This document shows positions 42,421-43,033 of a stretch of 43,033 nt of DNA, piece after piece. Origin of the DNA: a virus. The stretch is taken from positions 1-43,033 of the IMG/VR virus record IMGVR_UViG_3300025291_000005. One strand, written 5' to 3'. A program made the position numbers and the translations under genes. The notes beneath the pieces are model-generated. The model was not told the origin of the DNA. It saw only the letters and a program-made list of their open reading frames with translations, and did not search any database. Each line of letters starts with the position of its first letter. Position 1 is the stretch's first letter.

Positions 42421-42768
42421 TTGCCTAAGTATAAAAAGAAACCAGTTGTTGTTGAAGCGTTTCATTTAACAGAGTTTGAGTTATCTACTTTATATAGAGA
42501 TAACGAGGAGTTATGCCAAATCCAAGGAGAAGAAGAAAAAGGAACTTTTGCGAGTTATTCATTTGAATACGAAACAGCAAATGGGACTGTTGAAGCGGAA
42601 GTACGTTATTACAATGGAACTGAACCAGATAAAGCTTTTGCTGAAGTAGAAACAGCCGAAGGAACTATGAGAGCTAATATTGGTGATTACATCATTACTG
42701 GTGTTAATGGCGAGAAATACCCATGTAAAGCAGAGATATTTGAAAAGACATATGAGTTAGTCAAATAG
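42421..42768 (+). CDS. Hypothetical protein with a PGDYG-like C-terminal motif
   Basis: 115 aa with a TTG start. It carries [28 protein letters not shown]. Confidence 0.55.
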   Translation: MPKYKKKPVVVEAFHLTEFELSTLYRDNEELCQIQGEEEKGTFASYSFEYETANGTVEAEVRYYNGTEPDKAFAEVETAEGTMRANIGDYIITGVNGEKYPCKAEIFEKTYELVK

Positions 42769-42779
42769 GAAGTGATGGG

Positions 42780-42878
42780 ATGTTTTGGTTAGGAGGACTT
42801 ACAGGATATCTTGTAGGTACACTTGTTACTTTATTGGTGATCTACTTTGGATATCGGATTGGTGAGATGAGTCAGTGA
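42780..42878 (+). CDS. Small membrane peptide (32 aa)
   Basis: Not in the ORF track. The sequence is MFWLGGLTGYLVGTLVTLLVIYFGYRIGEMSQ and follows aggaagtga. Confidence 0.35.
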   Translation: MFWLGGLTGYLVGTLVTLLVIYFGYRIGEMSQ

Positions 42879-42906
42879 AGAAGGAAATGGAGCAGCTGAA
42901 AGCGAT

Positions 42907-43033
42907 AATGGATGATAAGGGGTGAGGGGAATGTGGGGTCCAGTAACTGGAAGAGACGTACTAGAGTTCTTTTGTGAGTATAAGTGGTATGTACTGAAGA
43001 TTTCATGTATTCCCTTCTTAATCGGATTAGGAA
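42907..43033. repeat. Second copy of the terminal repeat (equals nt 1-127)
   Basis: Direct comparison by eye. Confidence 0.9.

Noticed and set aside
1-43033. Search by eye for integrase/recombinase, tRNA, rRNA, CRISPR arrays, reverse transcriptase or known defence-system genes
   Set aside because: I recognised none. This is negative evidence from reading translated ORFs and scanning for repeats only, and it needs HMM, tRNAscan and CRISPR-finder confirmation.

Overview
The window is one complete temperate siphovirus-type phage genome from a low-GC Firmicute. Protein families, the lysis cassette and the AimR-like gene suggest Bacillus, probably the B. cereus group, but this host call is inference. 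Nt 1-127 are identical to nt 42907-43033, so the contig wraps on itself and the unique length is 42,906 bp.

Layout on the + strand:
- Small genes, then a 1.1-kb ORF-free tract (953-2074).
- Packaging and head genes: terS, terL, SPP1-like portal, MuF-like protein, scaffold and capsid (2075-7855).
- Head-tail joining and tail genes: major tail protein, a G/GT-type chaperone pair with an A_AAA_AAC slippery site, an 888-aa tape measure, Dit and Tal (8049-17090).
- Lysis cassette: membrane coiled-coil protein, holin and a GH25 endolysin with a SPOR-like domain (17660-19546).

A minus-strand accessory and maintenance block follows (19587-25391). It holds HTH and RHH regulators, an actin-like ParM ATPase with a small RHH adaptor, a RepA_N-like replication initiator, a membrane protein and an XRE regulator. 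I found no integrase, recombinase or protelomerase, so I infer an episomal (plasmid-type) prophage.

Next comes an arbitrium-like module (25899-27501): an AimR-like receptor, an unannotated 46-aa secreted pro-peptide and a small AimX-position ORF. It abuts a divergent CI-like/Cro-like switch with repeated operators (27507-28277).

The + strand early region (28347-41295) encodes an antirepressor, an ERF recombinase, a DnaD-like organizer, a DnaB helicase, NrdH, dUTPase, a C5 methyltransferase, a PD-(D/E)XK resolvase-like protein, an ArpU-like late regulator and many small ORFs.

The findings I think most deserve follow-up:
- The arbitrium-like cassette and its non-canonical peptide.
- A rep leader with mutually exclusive terminator and antiterminator helices plus a predicted countertranscript.
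- A G_GGA_AAC slippery site at the capsid stop codon.
- A hairpin-dense ORF-free tract (41774-42122).
- Two hairpins with near-identical C-rich loops.
- A predicted ~55-nt minus-strand sRNA.
- A conserved methyltransferase motif hidden in the wrong reading frame of dcm.

I recognised no tRNA, rRNA or CRISPR array. All homology statements come from recognising motifs by eye, not from searches.
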